This document shows, in pieces, positions 15,597 to 23,876 of a DNA stretch of 64,000 nt. Each line of letters begins with the position of its first letter. The first letter of the stretch is position 1. Location: IMG/VR virus record IMGVR_UViG_3300032288_004964, positions 248,001-312,000 of that record, one strand, 5' to 3'. The position numbers and the translations under genes were made by a program. The notes under the pieces are model-generated. The model was given only the letters and a program-made list of their open reading frames with translations, was not told the DNA's origin and searched no databases.

Positions 15597-16247
15597 CTAA
15601 TTAATTTTATTAGGATATCCTAACTTAGCCTTATTAACTATGTTTATATGTTCAACATTTTTTGGGAATAATCTTGGATGATAATTATCATATTGGTCTA
15701 AAAACTTAAAATCTTCTTTTTTAAGTTTCATTCCATCAAATCTATTTAAGAAGTTTATAAATGATTGTAAAGATTCATCTACTAAACCAAATACAGTATT
15801 ACTTCTATCAAAATTAGAACCATAAGAAGTATATTGAATTACTTTTATTTTATTCGGTTCTTCAATACTAAATTCACAGGTCATGGCATCACCATATGTT
15901 ATATCAATAGTTAATGTTATATTACCATCTTTGTCATCTTTAGCAAAATAAATATCAAATTCTAAAGTATCGGGTGTTCCCCATATCTCTCCTGATTCTT
16001 TACTACCAAGTGGTGTAGAAGCATAAGTTATCTGAACCATGTCAGAGTGTAACATTATATTATCTTTCTTAAATTTATAAAGATTATTGTGATAATTTAT
16101 TGTAATGAATTCTGATAGTTCGTTTTCCCATCTCTTATCATAGATAGTATTTAAAGTATTAGTCTTACTATCTATATTAGGTTTTATATTACCATTAGCT
16201 TTAATTGTAGCTTCAATATCTTCATTAAATCTTCTTAAATATTTCAT
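15597..16247 (-). CDS. Hypothetical protein, paralog of 22092..22820
   Basis: Shared PDxLxFDI...IDxTYGDxMxxEFxIxxPNK motif; MKYLRRFNE start. Confidence 0.75.
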   Translation of the reverse strand: MKYLRRFNEDIEATIKANGNIKPNIDSKTNTLNTIYDKRWENELSEFITINYHNNLYKFKKDNIMLHSDMVQITYASTPLGSKESGEIWGTPDTLEFDIYFAKDDKDGNITLTIDITYGDAMTCEFSIEEPNKIKVIQYTSYGSNFDRSNTVFGLVDESLQSFINFLNRFDGMKLKKEDFKFLDQYDNYHPRLFPKNVEHINIVNKAKLGYPNKIN

Positions 16248-16302
16248 ATTGTATATATTTGTTTTTTAGAATTCTTTTCTTATATTTGTATAAAATAAAA
16301 AT

Positions 16303-16443
16303 ATGTTAGGACTTTGTAAAAAACTGCAAGATAAAACTGGAATTGACCGTTTTTGGTTTAGATTACTTTTTATAATTTGGTTCATCGGTATTGGTGGATG
16401 GGCTATTATTTGGTATATTCTACTCTCGTTTATTATTGATTAA
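16303..16443 (+). CDS. PspC-domain small membrane protein
   Basis: MLGLCKKLQDKTGIDRFWFRLLFIIW...IIWYILL resembles the PspC GVCxGL...GID...RL pattern. Confidence 0.65.
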   Translation: MLGLCKKLQDKTGIDRFWFRLLFIIWFIGIGGWAIIWYILLSFIID

Positions 16444-16464
16444 AAACTTATAAAAAATTATAAA

Positions 16465-17922
16465 ATGAAAAATATTGTAACAAGAATTGCTCCTTCTCCA
16501 ACTGGTAAGTTTGTCCATTTAGGAAACTTAAGAACTTTACTTTATAATTACTTCCTTGCTAAAAGACACGGTGGTAAATTCCTTGTGCGTTTAGAAGATA
16601 CTGACCGTGACCGTTATACTCCAGAATTTCTACAATATTTTAAAGATACTTGTGATTGGTTAGGAATTGTACCTGATAATTCTTTTTGGAATCCAGATCC
16701 ATCAATTGGTTCATTTATTCAATCAGAAAGAGATTATTCTGACAAAGTTAAATTTCTATTAGATAATGGATTGGCTTATTATGCTTTTGATACAAAAGAT
16801 GATTTAGATATTTTAAAGTCTAAAGGTCTTAAATATGATGCAACCACTCGTATGTCTATGAATAACTCATTGACAAGACCTGATACTGATATTAATTCTG
16901 TTCCTTATGTTATTCGTTTTGCTGTTACACCAGATGTAGATATTACTTTTACAGATGCAATCTTAGGTGATATTACTATTAACACAAATACTTTAGATGA
17001 TAAGGTTTTAATTAAATCCAATGGTATTGGTTCTTATCATCTTTGTAATGTTTGTGATGATCATGATATGAAAGTTACTCATGTTCTTCGTGGACAAGAA
17101 TGGGTAAATTCTACTCCTTTTCATATTCTTATGTATAAAGCATTTGGTTGGGATATTCCTACTTTTGCTCACTTACCTCTAATTATGAATCCTGATGGTA
17201 AAGGTAAACTAGCAAAAAGAACGGCTGCTAAATATGGTATTCCTATTGCGCCACTTGGTTATACTGATGATAATGGAGTCTATATCCCAGGTTGGAAAGA
17301 TTTAGGTTATGATCCTAAGGCATTTATCAATTCACTTGCTTTAATTGGTTGGAATCCTGGTAATGATGTTGAAGTTATGTCCTTAGATGATATGATTAAT
17401 TCATTTTCATTAGACAGAGTTCATAAATCAGGTGCTCGTTTTGATATTGATAAAGCAAAATGGATTAACTCACACTATTTAAAGGCTACTGATAATAAAG
17501 ATTTAATTCCTTTTGTTAATATTGTGGATAATAGATATTCTAATGATAAATTAGATAAGATTATTACTTTAGCAAAAGATAGAGCTACTTTTAAGACAGA
17601 CTTAAATAATATTGTTGATTTGTTTTTTGATACACCTGTTATTACAGACTATTCAAAAATTGATGATAACTATATAAAAGTAATGTCTAGTTTTGTTGAT
17701 AATATTGACTCTGTTGATTTCAATGATACTGATAGTATTAAATTAACAATTTCTTCTATCTGTGATGGGTTTGGAATTAAGATTGGTAAAGTAATGCCTG
17801 GTTTGAGAATTGCTTTAGTTGGTGGAATAAGTGGACCAGATTTAATGACCACGATGTCAATTCTTGGTAAAGACCAAGTAAAATTGAGAATTCTTAACTC
17901 TACAAAAACAGTTACTGTATAA
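16465..17922 (+). CDS. gltX: Glutamyl-tRNA synthetase
   Basis: RIAPSPTG, HLGN (HIGH), RLEDTD, DDHDM-VTHVLRG, KLAKR. Confidence 0.92.
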   Translation: MKNIVTRIAPSPTGKFVHLGNLRTLLYNYFLAKRHGGKFLVRLEDTDRDRYTPEFLQYFKDTCDWLGIVPDNSFWNPDPSIGSFIQSERDYSDKVKFLLDNGLAYYAFDTKDDLDILKSKGLKYDATTRMSMNNSLTRPDTDINSVPYVIRFAVTPDVDITFTDAILGDITINTNTLDDKVLIKSNGIGSYHLCNVCDDHDMKVTHVLRGQEWVNSTPFHILMYKAFGWDIPTFAHLPLIMNPDGKGKLAKRTAAKYGIPIAPLGYTDDNGVYIPGWKDLGYDPKAFINSLALIGWNPGNDVEVMSLDDMINSFSLDRVHKSGARFDIDKAKWINSHYLKATDNKDLIPFVNIVDNRYSNDKLDKIITLAKDRATFKTDLNNIVDLFFDTPVITDYSKIDDNYIKVMSSFVDNIDSVDFNDTDSIKLTISSICDGFGIKIGKVMPGLRIALVGGISGPDLMTTMSILGKDQVKLRILNSTKTVTV

Positions 17923-18039
17923 AATTAAAAACCTCTGAATTCTCAGAGGTTTTTAATTTTATAGTAATTTGATTTATATACCCATTTATATCCTTTGTAC
18001 ATAATATTAAAATAGAATAGTCACTTTTTAGCATTATCA

Positions 18040-20271
18040 TTAATTTATTGGATAAGAAGGTAAAAATAATCTTGTGTTAGCATTATCTGCAAAAACTAAG
18101 TATTTAGATGCTTCTCCAATAATAGCCTGATTTAACATCTTATTATGTTCTTCTTTAGGAATAATATCAGTAAATAATCTAATATTAGTCATTTTCATAT
18201 CAGAAGCAAATATTTCAGCATATACACCTTCTAATTGGAATTCAACCGGTGTCATATCTTGAGTATTTTCGTAAACTAATCTAAGTAAAGTATTTGGTAA
18301 GTTTTGAGCATCATCTTCATCATCAACATTTCTCTTATAAATATATTGAGTTATAGTTCTTAGTCTTTGGTCTATATTTAATAAGTAACAATACCAAGTA
18401 TCTTCATCAAAAGCAACTGTATTTGATAAGGTAGCCCCGGTTATATTATAACTATAAGTAGATCCACTTATATTAACTATTAATTCATCATTAATTAAAT
18501 TTGATTTCCATCCTAAATTATTTGTAGAATCATATAAATTAAATAAGTTATAAACATCATCTACAACATAGTTATGTATATTAAACCAAGCCATATATCC
18601 AATATTATCTCCTTTTTTAATATAAGTGTCCATATTTTTGTATCTAACTGCAACTGACCCTAAATCAATTGTTGCTAAATCATAATTTGATTTAGAAATA
18701 ATATTACTTGAATTTTCAATTAATTCTTTATCTATTTGAGCAAAGTAATCCATTCTAATTGGATCCTTTGTTAATGTTGTATATTGTTCTTTGTTAGCTA
18801 CTGCATCTTTATCTTGTTTAACTTCAACACCAAATAATTCTTCAATAGTTGTATTTTTAGTAAGTTCAGCAAGTTTATTTTTAATCTCAGGTGTACCAGG
18901 TTTGACATTTGCTTTCTGAGTGTATTTTTTCAATATCAATTTATAATAGATTGCTGAATTATTAAAATTTCTAAATTGTTGAGCATGTTCTACTTGATAC
19001 ATTCTGTTTAGATCACAGAAGTATAAAAAGTCTTCTTTACTCGGTCTTCTTTGTGGTCCAAATATTTCCTTAAATTGTTGTTTAGTAATATGAGCTTCCA
19101 TTGTTTCAAATAAATTTAAATCAAATTGATTCATAACTATTTGAGAATCAGGGAAATTATTACCTTCTATTGAAACTTTAAGATCACCATTACAAACAAC
19201 ATTATATAATTGATATTCATTTAAAGTATGATCTTGACCCTGTTTATCAGCATCAGTAACAAAATAAGTAACTCTATGACCAAATATTTGTTGAGCATCA
19301 GTGCTTAATTTATTTAATAAATTAATAGCTGTATTTTGTTGATAAGGATTATATAATTGTGATTTATCATTTGATGTTAGACTATATAAAGTATTTGTTG
19401 TGTCACATTGTCCTCCTGAATTTGAAACTCCAGTAGATGATGTATTTGGTATAAAATTACCATTAGCATCATAATAACCAGAAACATTAGATTTACAACA
19501 CTCTCTAATACCATATAAATTAGTTTTGAAATAATCTTTACTAACATTTTGAAAATCACCAATTAAATTAACATCTTGAATTGTTATATTAGATGTTGAA
19601 TTATTCTCTATTGAATATTCAATTTGAAAAAATCTAATAGGGTTTATTCTTAAAGAGGTGATATTCTCTTTAGTAAAGGGTTCCCATCCAGACCAAGTTC
19701 TACTACTATCTTGTGAAAATCTATACTTAATATTAACACCAGTTAGATTAGATGATGAAATAATTTCAATGTCATCTACTTTGAATACTTTATAAATATA
19801 AGGAGCTTTTAATATAGTTGACTCTCCTGCCTTTAGTTTTATAGGCTGATCTCCAGTTTCAATATTTCTTTCAAGTAGTCCACCTAATTTATATTCTAAT
19901 AATCTAATAATACCGATTGTTGATGATCCTTCTCTGGTCCATTTAATATCTATAAATAAAGGATCTTTTGGATCAAATGGTGGAAAATTATCAATATCAT
20001 TTTTTAATTCTTGCCAATCACTCCAAGATGTTGAATTTCTAGATAATCTATAAGTAGTTGTTAAAAATCTTGTATCAGTTGACCCTAAAGTATCATATGA
20101 GAATGTTGTAAGTTTATTAACATCCATTATATCTACAAAACTTATTGTATATTCATCACCTGGTTTAGAAAAAACAGGAGTTGCTTCAGAAGATGAAGTA
20201 GCAGCTGTTATACTAAATTGGTCTGATATAGATAAAGTTCCATTTAGTGTATCTGATATTATTTGTTGCAT
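18040..20271 (-). CDS. Virion protein containing a T4 gp14-like neck/head-closure domain
   Basis: QIFGHRVTYF...QFDLNLFETMEAHITKQQF...RPSKEDFLYF resembles the gp14 family; late motif upstream. Confidence 0.55.
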   Translation of the reverse strand: MQQIISDTLNGTLSISDQFSITAATSSSEATPVFSKPGDEYTISFVDIMDVNKLTTFSYDTLGSTDTRFLTTTYRLSRNSTSWSDWQELKNDIDNFPPFDPKDPLFIDIKWTREGSSTIGIIRLLEYKLGGLLERNIETGDQPIKLKAGESTILKAPYIYKVFKVDDIEIISSSNLTGVNIKYRFSQDSSRTWSGWEPFTKENITSLRINPIRFFQIEYSIENNSTSNITIQDVNLIGDFQNVSKDYFKTNLYGIRECCKSNVSGYYDANGNFIPNTSSTGVSNSGGQCDTTNTLYSLTSNDKSQLYNPYQQNTAINLLNKLSTDAQQIFGHRVTYFVTDADKQGQDHTLNEYQLYNVVCNGDLKVSIEGNNFPDSQIVMNQFDLNLFETMEAHITKQQFKEIFGPQRRPSKEDFLYFCDLNRMYQVEHAQQFRNFNNSAIYYKLILKKYTQKANVKPGTPEIKNKLAELTKNTTIEELFGVEVKQDKDAVANKEQYTTLTKDPIRMDYFAQIDKELIENSSNIISKSNYDLATIDLGSVAVRYKNMDTYIKKGDNIGYMAWFNIHNYVVDDVYNLFNLYDSTNNLGWKSNLINDELIVNISGSTYSYNITGATLSNTVAFDEDTWYCYLLNIDQRLRTITQYIYKRNVDDEDDAQNLPNTLLRLVYENTQDMTPVEFQLEGVYAEIFASDMKMTNIRLFTDIIPKEEHNKMLNQAIIGEASKYLVFADNANTRLFLPSYPIN

Positions 20272-20369
20272 AATCTATATATTAAATTTACCTTTCTATT
20301 TAAATTCCTTCTAAATATTTTTTTATTAACAAAACTGTCCGTATATTTGTAGTATATAATTATAAAGAT

Positions 20370-21617
20370 ATGAACATTAAAGAGAAATTCTTAGAACTAA
20401 CAAGTAGAACTTATCCTCACGGAACTGAAAAGGATATTTTCCCATTACTGAATCCTGAACTAAAAGAGGATGAGTTTGGTAACTTGTTTATTAAAATTGG
20501 TGAAAGTGATGTAATGTTTACTTCTCACTTAGACACTGCTACATCTGCACTTAGTGAAGTTGTACATGTTATTGATGGTGTGAATATCAAAACTGATGGT
20601 AAATCTATTCTCGGTGCTGATGATAAAGCCGGTGTAACTATTATGTTACATATGATTGAAAACAATATCCCTGGTCTTTACTACTTTTTCTTAGGTGAGG
20701 AAGTTGGTTGTGTTGGTTCTAGAAAAGTTGCTTCTAAATATAAAGAAGAAAAAATTGAAGGCATCAACAAAGTAATATCATTTGACCGTAGAGGAACTAC
20801 TTCGATTATTACATTCCAGAGTGGAAGTAGATGTTGTTCAGATAAATTTGGTGATGAACTATCAAAACAATTAAATTCAGCAAATGAGACATTTTCTTAT
20901 AAAAATGACACTACTGGACTTTTAACTGACTCTATTCAGTTTGTTAGATTGTATCCTGAGTGTACTAACATTTCTGTTGGTTATCAAAATGAACACACAT
21001 TTTCAGAGGTTCAAAATATTGAACACTTAGAAAAATTGGCAGAAGCTTGTTTGAAAGTTGATTGGAATAACTTACCTGTTGAGAGAGATCCTTCTAAAAC
21101 TGAATACAGTTATGGTTCTTACGGTGGAGCATGGGGAAGTGAGTATGATTATGACTATGATTATGGTTATAGATCTTGGACTAAACCAAGTGTTCCAGTT
21201 GATAGAACTGAAAAAACTTGGTTTCATGATGCTAAGTTTAACTATGTTTCAAGTGTTGAAATTAACACCTTAACTAAAAAAGTTGTTTCTGTAGACCTTT
21301 GTAAAGAAAGAATTGCTCTTGAGCAAGAAATGATTGATAAATTACTCACTCAACTTGAACTACACTATATTAAATCTGAATGGGATGGATTCAAATTAAA
21401 AGTTTATTATGAATTTGATCATTCATCTGACTGTGATAGAAATGACTTAATTGAATATCTACCAGTTTTAGATTATAAAGAAATTGAGGAGTTAAAGGAT
21501 TATGGAACTGAAGTGTTTTCTAAAGTAGAATCAAAATTAAAACCAACTAATAAACCAACATATAGACCTGTTGATAATGATTCAATGAGTGGATATAGTG
21601 AAGACTTATATGACTAA
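20370..21617 (+). CDS. M20/M28-family metallopeptidase
   Basis: SHLDT, GADDKAG, GEEVG, NEHT metal-ligand motifs. Confidence 0.8.
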   Translation: MNIKEKFLELTSRTYPHGTEKDIFPLLNPELKEDEFGNLFIKIGESDVMFTSHLDTATSALSEVVHVIDGVNIKTDGKSILGADDKAGVTIMLHMIENNIPGLYYFFLGEEVGCVGSRKVASKYKEEKIEGINKVISFDRRGTTSIITFQSGSRCCSDKFGDELSKQLNSANETFSYKNDTTGLLTDSIQFVRLYPECTNISVGYQNEHTFSEVQNIEHLEKLAEACLKVDWNNLPVERDPSKTEYSYGSYGGAWGSEYDYDYDYGYRSWTKPSVPVDRTEKTWFHDAKFNYVSSVEINTLTKKVVSVDLCKERIALEQEMIDKLLTQLELHYIKSEWDGFKLKVYYEFDHSSDCDRNDLIEYLPVLDYKEIEELKDYGTEVFSKVESKLKPTNKPTYRPVDNDSMSGYSEDLYD

Positions 21618-22044
21618 AGAAGTTGAAATATTAAAAATTGGAAGTATCATACCACCAGTAAGAATTAATGGTATGTATGATACTTCCATCAAACCTACCG
21701 CTATGGTAGTTTTTGATGCTGGATCAATATATGATCACTATGTCTCTATTCTTAGAGAAGAATGTAAAAATGATTATAGATTTCTAAAAACAGAAAAGTC
21801 TATTATTTCAGATAGATTCTCAAATAGGGTTGCTGGTAGAATAGGAGAAGGACATTCTTATGTTGGTAAGTTTGATGATGAACCACAAGTTGGTAAATCA
21901 TTTACTCTTGGTAATGGATCTTGGTCTACAACTACAGTTATTAATATAATTGATGAGAATATAATTATCACAAAGAATTCTATATATGCTATTCATGATG
22001 TCTCGAAAATGAGAGATAAAAAATTGAAAGATTTAGGAATATAA
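21610..22044 (+). CDS. Hypothetical protein (C-terminal RDKKLKDLGI)
   Basis: ORF track; ATG at 21610 overlapping the upstream stop is the likely start. Confidence 0.65.
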   Translation: MTKEVEILKIGSIIPPVRINGMYDTSIKPTAMVVFDAGSIYDHYVSILREECKNDYRFLKTEKSIISDRFSNRVAGRIGEGHSYVGKFDDEPQVGKSFTLGNGSWSTTTVINIIDENIIITKNSIYAIHDVSKMRDKKLKDLGI

Positions 22045-22091
22045 ACCCACTTTTGTGGGTTTTTTTATGATACATTTTTAATATATAGAAT

Positions 22092-22820
22092 ATGAAACAT
22101 ATTAAAAAATTCAATGAAAATAAAGTATCAATTTTTGATTCTTCTGAATGGCTAAAACTTCTACCTAAAAAATTAACTATTATTAATCAAAATGGTGAGT
22201 TTACACTAGATGTTAGAGGTTTAGATCCAGAAGATGGTTATTCTGGTGTGTATAATTTGATGAATTCTATTTCTATTTCTTATTCTCAAAATACTATTGA
22301 GAAAGAAGATGATGATCCAACGGCTGATGGTGAACCAGATAGTCTTCAATTTGATATTTCTATTGTTAAAGATAACAAAGGTGATGAAGCAAATCCTTCA
22401 AATTCTTTAAGATTAAATATTGACTTAACATATGGTGACTCAATGATGTATGAGTTTACAATTGATTATCCAAATAAAGTAAATGTTCATCATTATAATG
22501 GTAAAGATTCTTTATATGATCCTGAAACATACTTTGGATTTTCTGATGAGTCATTAAAGGAATTAGTTAATTTTTTCAATAGATTTGGATTCAATACTAC
22601 TACAGATGATTTTAAATTTATAGATAGTGATATAGATAGTTATGATTATAAACATCCTACTGAAAAGTATTTAAAAGACCCTCAAACAATCGGTAATAAA
22701 TTAATACCTATGATTATGGATGATGAGATGAAATCAGAGATTGATACTCTAAAAGGTGGTGATAAGATCAAAAGATATCATGAATTTGATTTTAAAAAGA
22801 AAAATAATTTGGCGGATTAA
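22092..22820 (+). CDS. Hypothetical protein, paralog of 15597..16247
   Basis: MKHIKKFNE start; TAATATATA upstream. Confidence 0.75.
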   Translation: MKHIKKFNENKVSIFDSSEWLKLLPKKLTIINQNGEFTLDVRGLDPEDGYSGVYNLMNSISISYSQNTIEKEDDDPTADGEPDSLQFDISIVKDNKGDEANPSNSLRLNIDLTYGDSMMYEFTIDYPNKVNVHHYNGKDSLYDPETYFGFSDESLKELVNFFNRFGFNTTTDDFKFIDSDIDSYDYKHPTEKYLKDPQTIGNKLIPMIMDDEMKSEIDTLKGGDKIKRYHEFDFKKKNNLAD

Positions 22821-22987
22821 AAAATCTACCTTATATTTGTGAAACAATTGGGATGGGAAACGATTCAGATACAAGTCTCAATTTTTTTTTACAAAAATAA
22901 TTTGGCAGATATAAAACTTTTTTCTATATTTGTATAAAATAAGAACAAATAACAAAAAGAGAGAATAACTTTATAATATATACTGAA

Positions 22988-23086
22988 ATGAAAAACTTAA
23001 ACTTAAATATCGTTAACCCGCAACCTCAAGTTGTAATCGATCAGGATCCTGATACGATAGGGGCTAACTATGTGGTTTTAAGTTAA
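22988..23086 (+). CDS. Attenuator leader peptide 4 (Pro/Gln/Asp sensor) MKNLNLNIVNPQPQVVIDQDPDTIGANYVVLS
   Basis: PQPQ..DQDPD run; followed by a terminator and Asp/Pro/Gln tRNAs. Confidence 0.85.
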   Translation: MKNLNLNIVNPQPQVVIDQDPDTIGANYVVLS

Positions 23087-23110
23087 AGAATAATATTAAC
23101 TATGAAACGT

Positions 23111-23150
23111 AACCCAGTTAGTCGAAAGATTAACTGGGTTTTTTGTTTTT
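23111..23150 (+). terminator. Attenuator terminator 4
   Basis: aacccagttagtc-gaaa-gattaactgggtt plus U tract; ggctaact (23062-23069) pairs with agttagtc. Confidence 0.85.
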
Positions 23151-23223
23151 TATAAATTATAGAAATGAGTATATAAAAATAAAAAGTACTCTTTAGAGAA
23201 TAGAGTAAAAGAATTCTCAAATT

Positions 23224-23297
23224 GGTTCGTTAGTAGAGTTGGTTACAATATCGCACTGTCACTGCGAAGGTCACGGGTTCGAATCCCGTACGAACCG
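23224..23297 (+). tRNA. tRNA-Asp(GTC)
   Basis: tcgca-CTGTCAC-tgcga. Confidence 0.9.
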
Positions 23298-23302
23298 CAA
23301 AA

Positions 23303-23374
23303 GGTCTTGTCGTCCAATGGTAGGATAACCCGTTGTCTGCGGGAAGGTTGTGGGTTCGAATCCCATCAGGACCG
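23303..23374 (+). tRNA. tRNA-Asp(GTC)
   Basis: cccg-TTGTCTG-cggg; G73. Confidence 0.8.
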
Positions 23375-23383
23375 CTAAAATTT

Positions 23384-23456
23384 CGGGGTGTAGCGCAGTT
23401 GGTAGCGCGCCTGGTTTGGGACCAGGAGGTCGTCAGTTCGAGCCTGGCCACTCCGA
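23384..23456 (+). tRNA. tRNA-Pro(TGG)
   Basis: cctgg-TTTGGGA-ccagg. Confidence 0.9.
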
Positions 23457-23469
23457 CAAAAAATTAAAA

Positions 23470-23554
23470 CGAGATGTAGCCTAGAGGTTTCCGTATGGAT
23501 AAAGGCACTTGGTTTGGGACCAAGACGACGCAGGTTCGAATCCTGCCATCTCGA
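23470..23554 (+). tRNA. tRNA-Pro(TGG) with D-loop hairpin insertion
   Basis: cttgg-TTTGGGA-ccaag; tcc-gtat-gga in the D-loop. Confidence 0.85.
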
Positions 23555-23585
23555 CAAAGAAAAAAAATATTAATAAATAGAAATT

Positions 23586-23639
23586 ATGAGAACAACAACA
23601 CAATACCAACAACAACAACAAATTAATCCAACAGATTGA
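23586..23639 (+). CDS. Attenuator leader peptide 5 (Gln sensor) MRTTTQYQQQQQINPTD
   Basis: Six CAA codons; followed by a terminator, two tRNA-Gln and glnS. Confidence 0.9.
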   Translation: MRTTTQYQQQQQINPTD

Positions 23640-23667
23640 TAATGGTATCGTATTGTTTAAACTTTAC

Positions 23668-23702
23668 AAACCCTACTCAATCTGATTGAGTAGGGTTTTT
23701 TT
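23668..23702 (+). terminator. Attenuator terminator 5
   Basis: aaaccctactcaat-ctg-attgagtagggttt plus U tract; cagattga(23632)/tcaatctg(23677) antiterminator. Confidence 0.9.
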
Positions 23703-23704
23703 AT

Positions 23705-23778
23705 TGTCCGGTGGCGAAATTGGTAGACGCACTAAGCTTTGACCTTAGTTTTTGTAGGTTCGAACCCTACCCGGACAG
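23705..23778 (+). tRNA. tRNA-Gln(TTG)
   Basis: ctaag-CTTTGAC-cttag. Confidence 0.85.
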
Positions 23779-23785
23779 CAACAAT

Positions 23786-23857
23786 TGGAAAATAGTATAA
23801 TGGTTATTATTTCTGACTTTGAATCAGAAGATACAGGTTCGATCCCTGTTTTTCCAA
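23786..23857 (+). tRNA. tRNA-Gln(TTG)
   Basis: tctga-CTTTGAA-tcaga. Confidence 0.85.
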
Positions 23858-23876
23858 CTAAAAAAATATAAAAATT

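Noticed and set aside
8970-23557. ORFs 8970..9191, 9109..9315, 14493..14798, 15276..15464, 23230..23451 and 23375..23557
   Set aside because: Chance frames across GC-richer tRNA arrays.
6657-23702. T-box riboswitch explanation for the leaders
   Set aside because: No T-box consensus or long stem I is visible; the leaders are short ORFs with codon runs.
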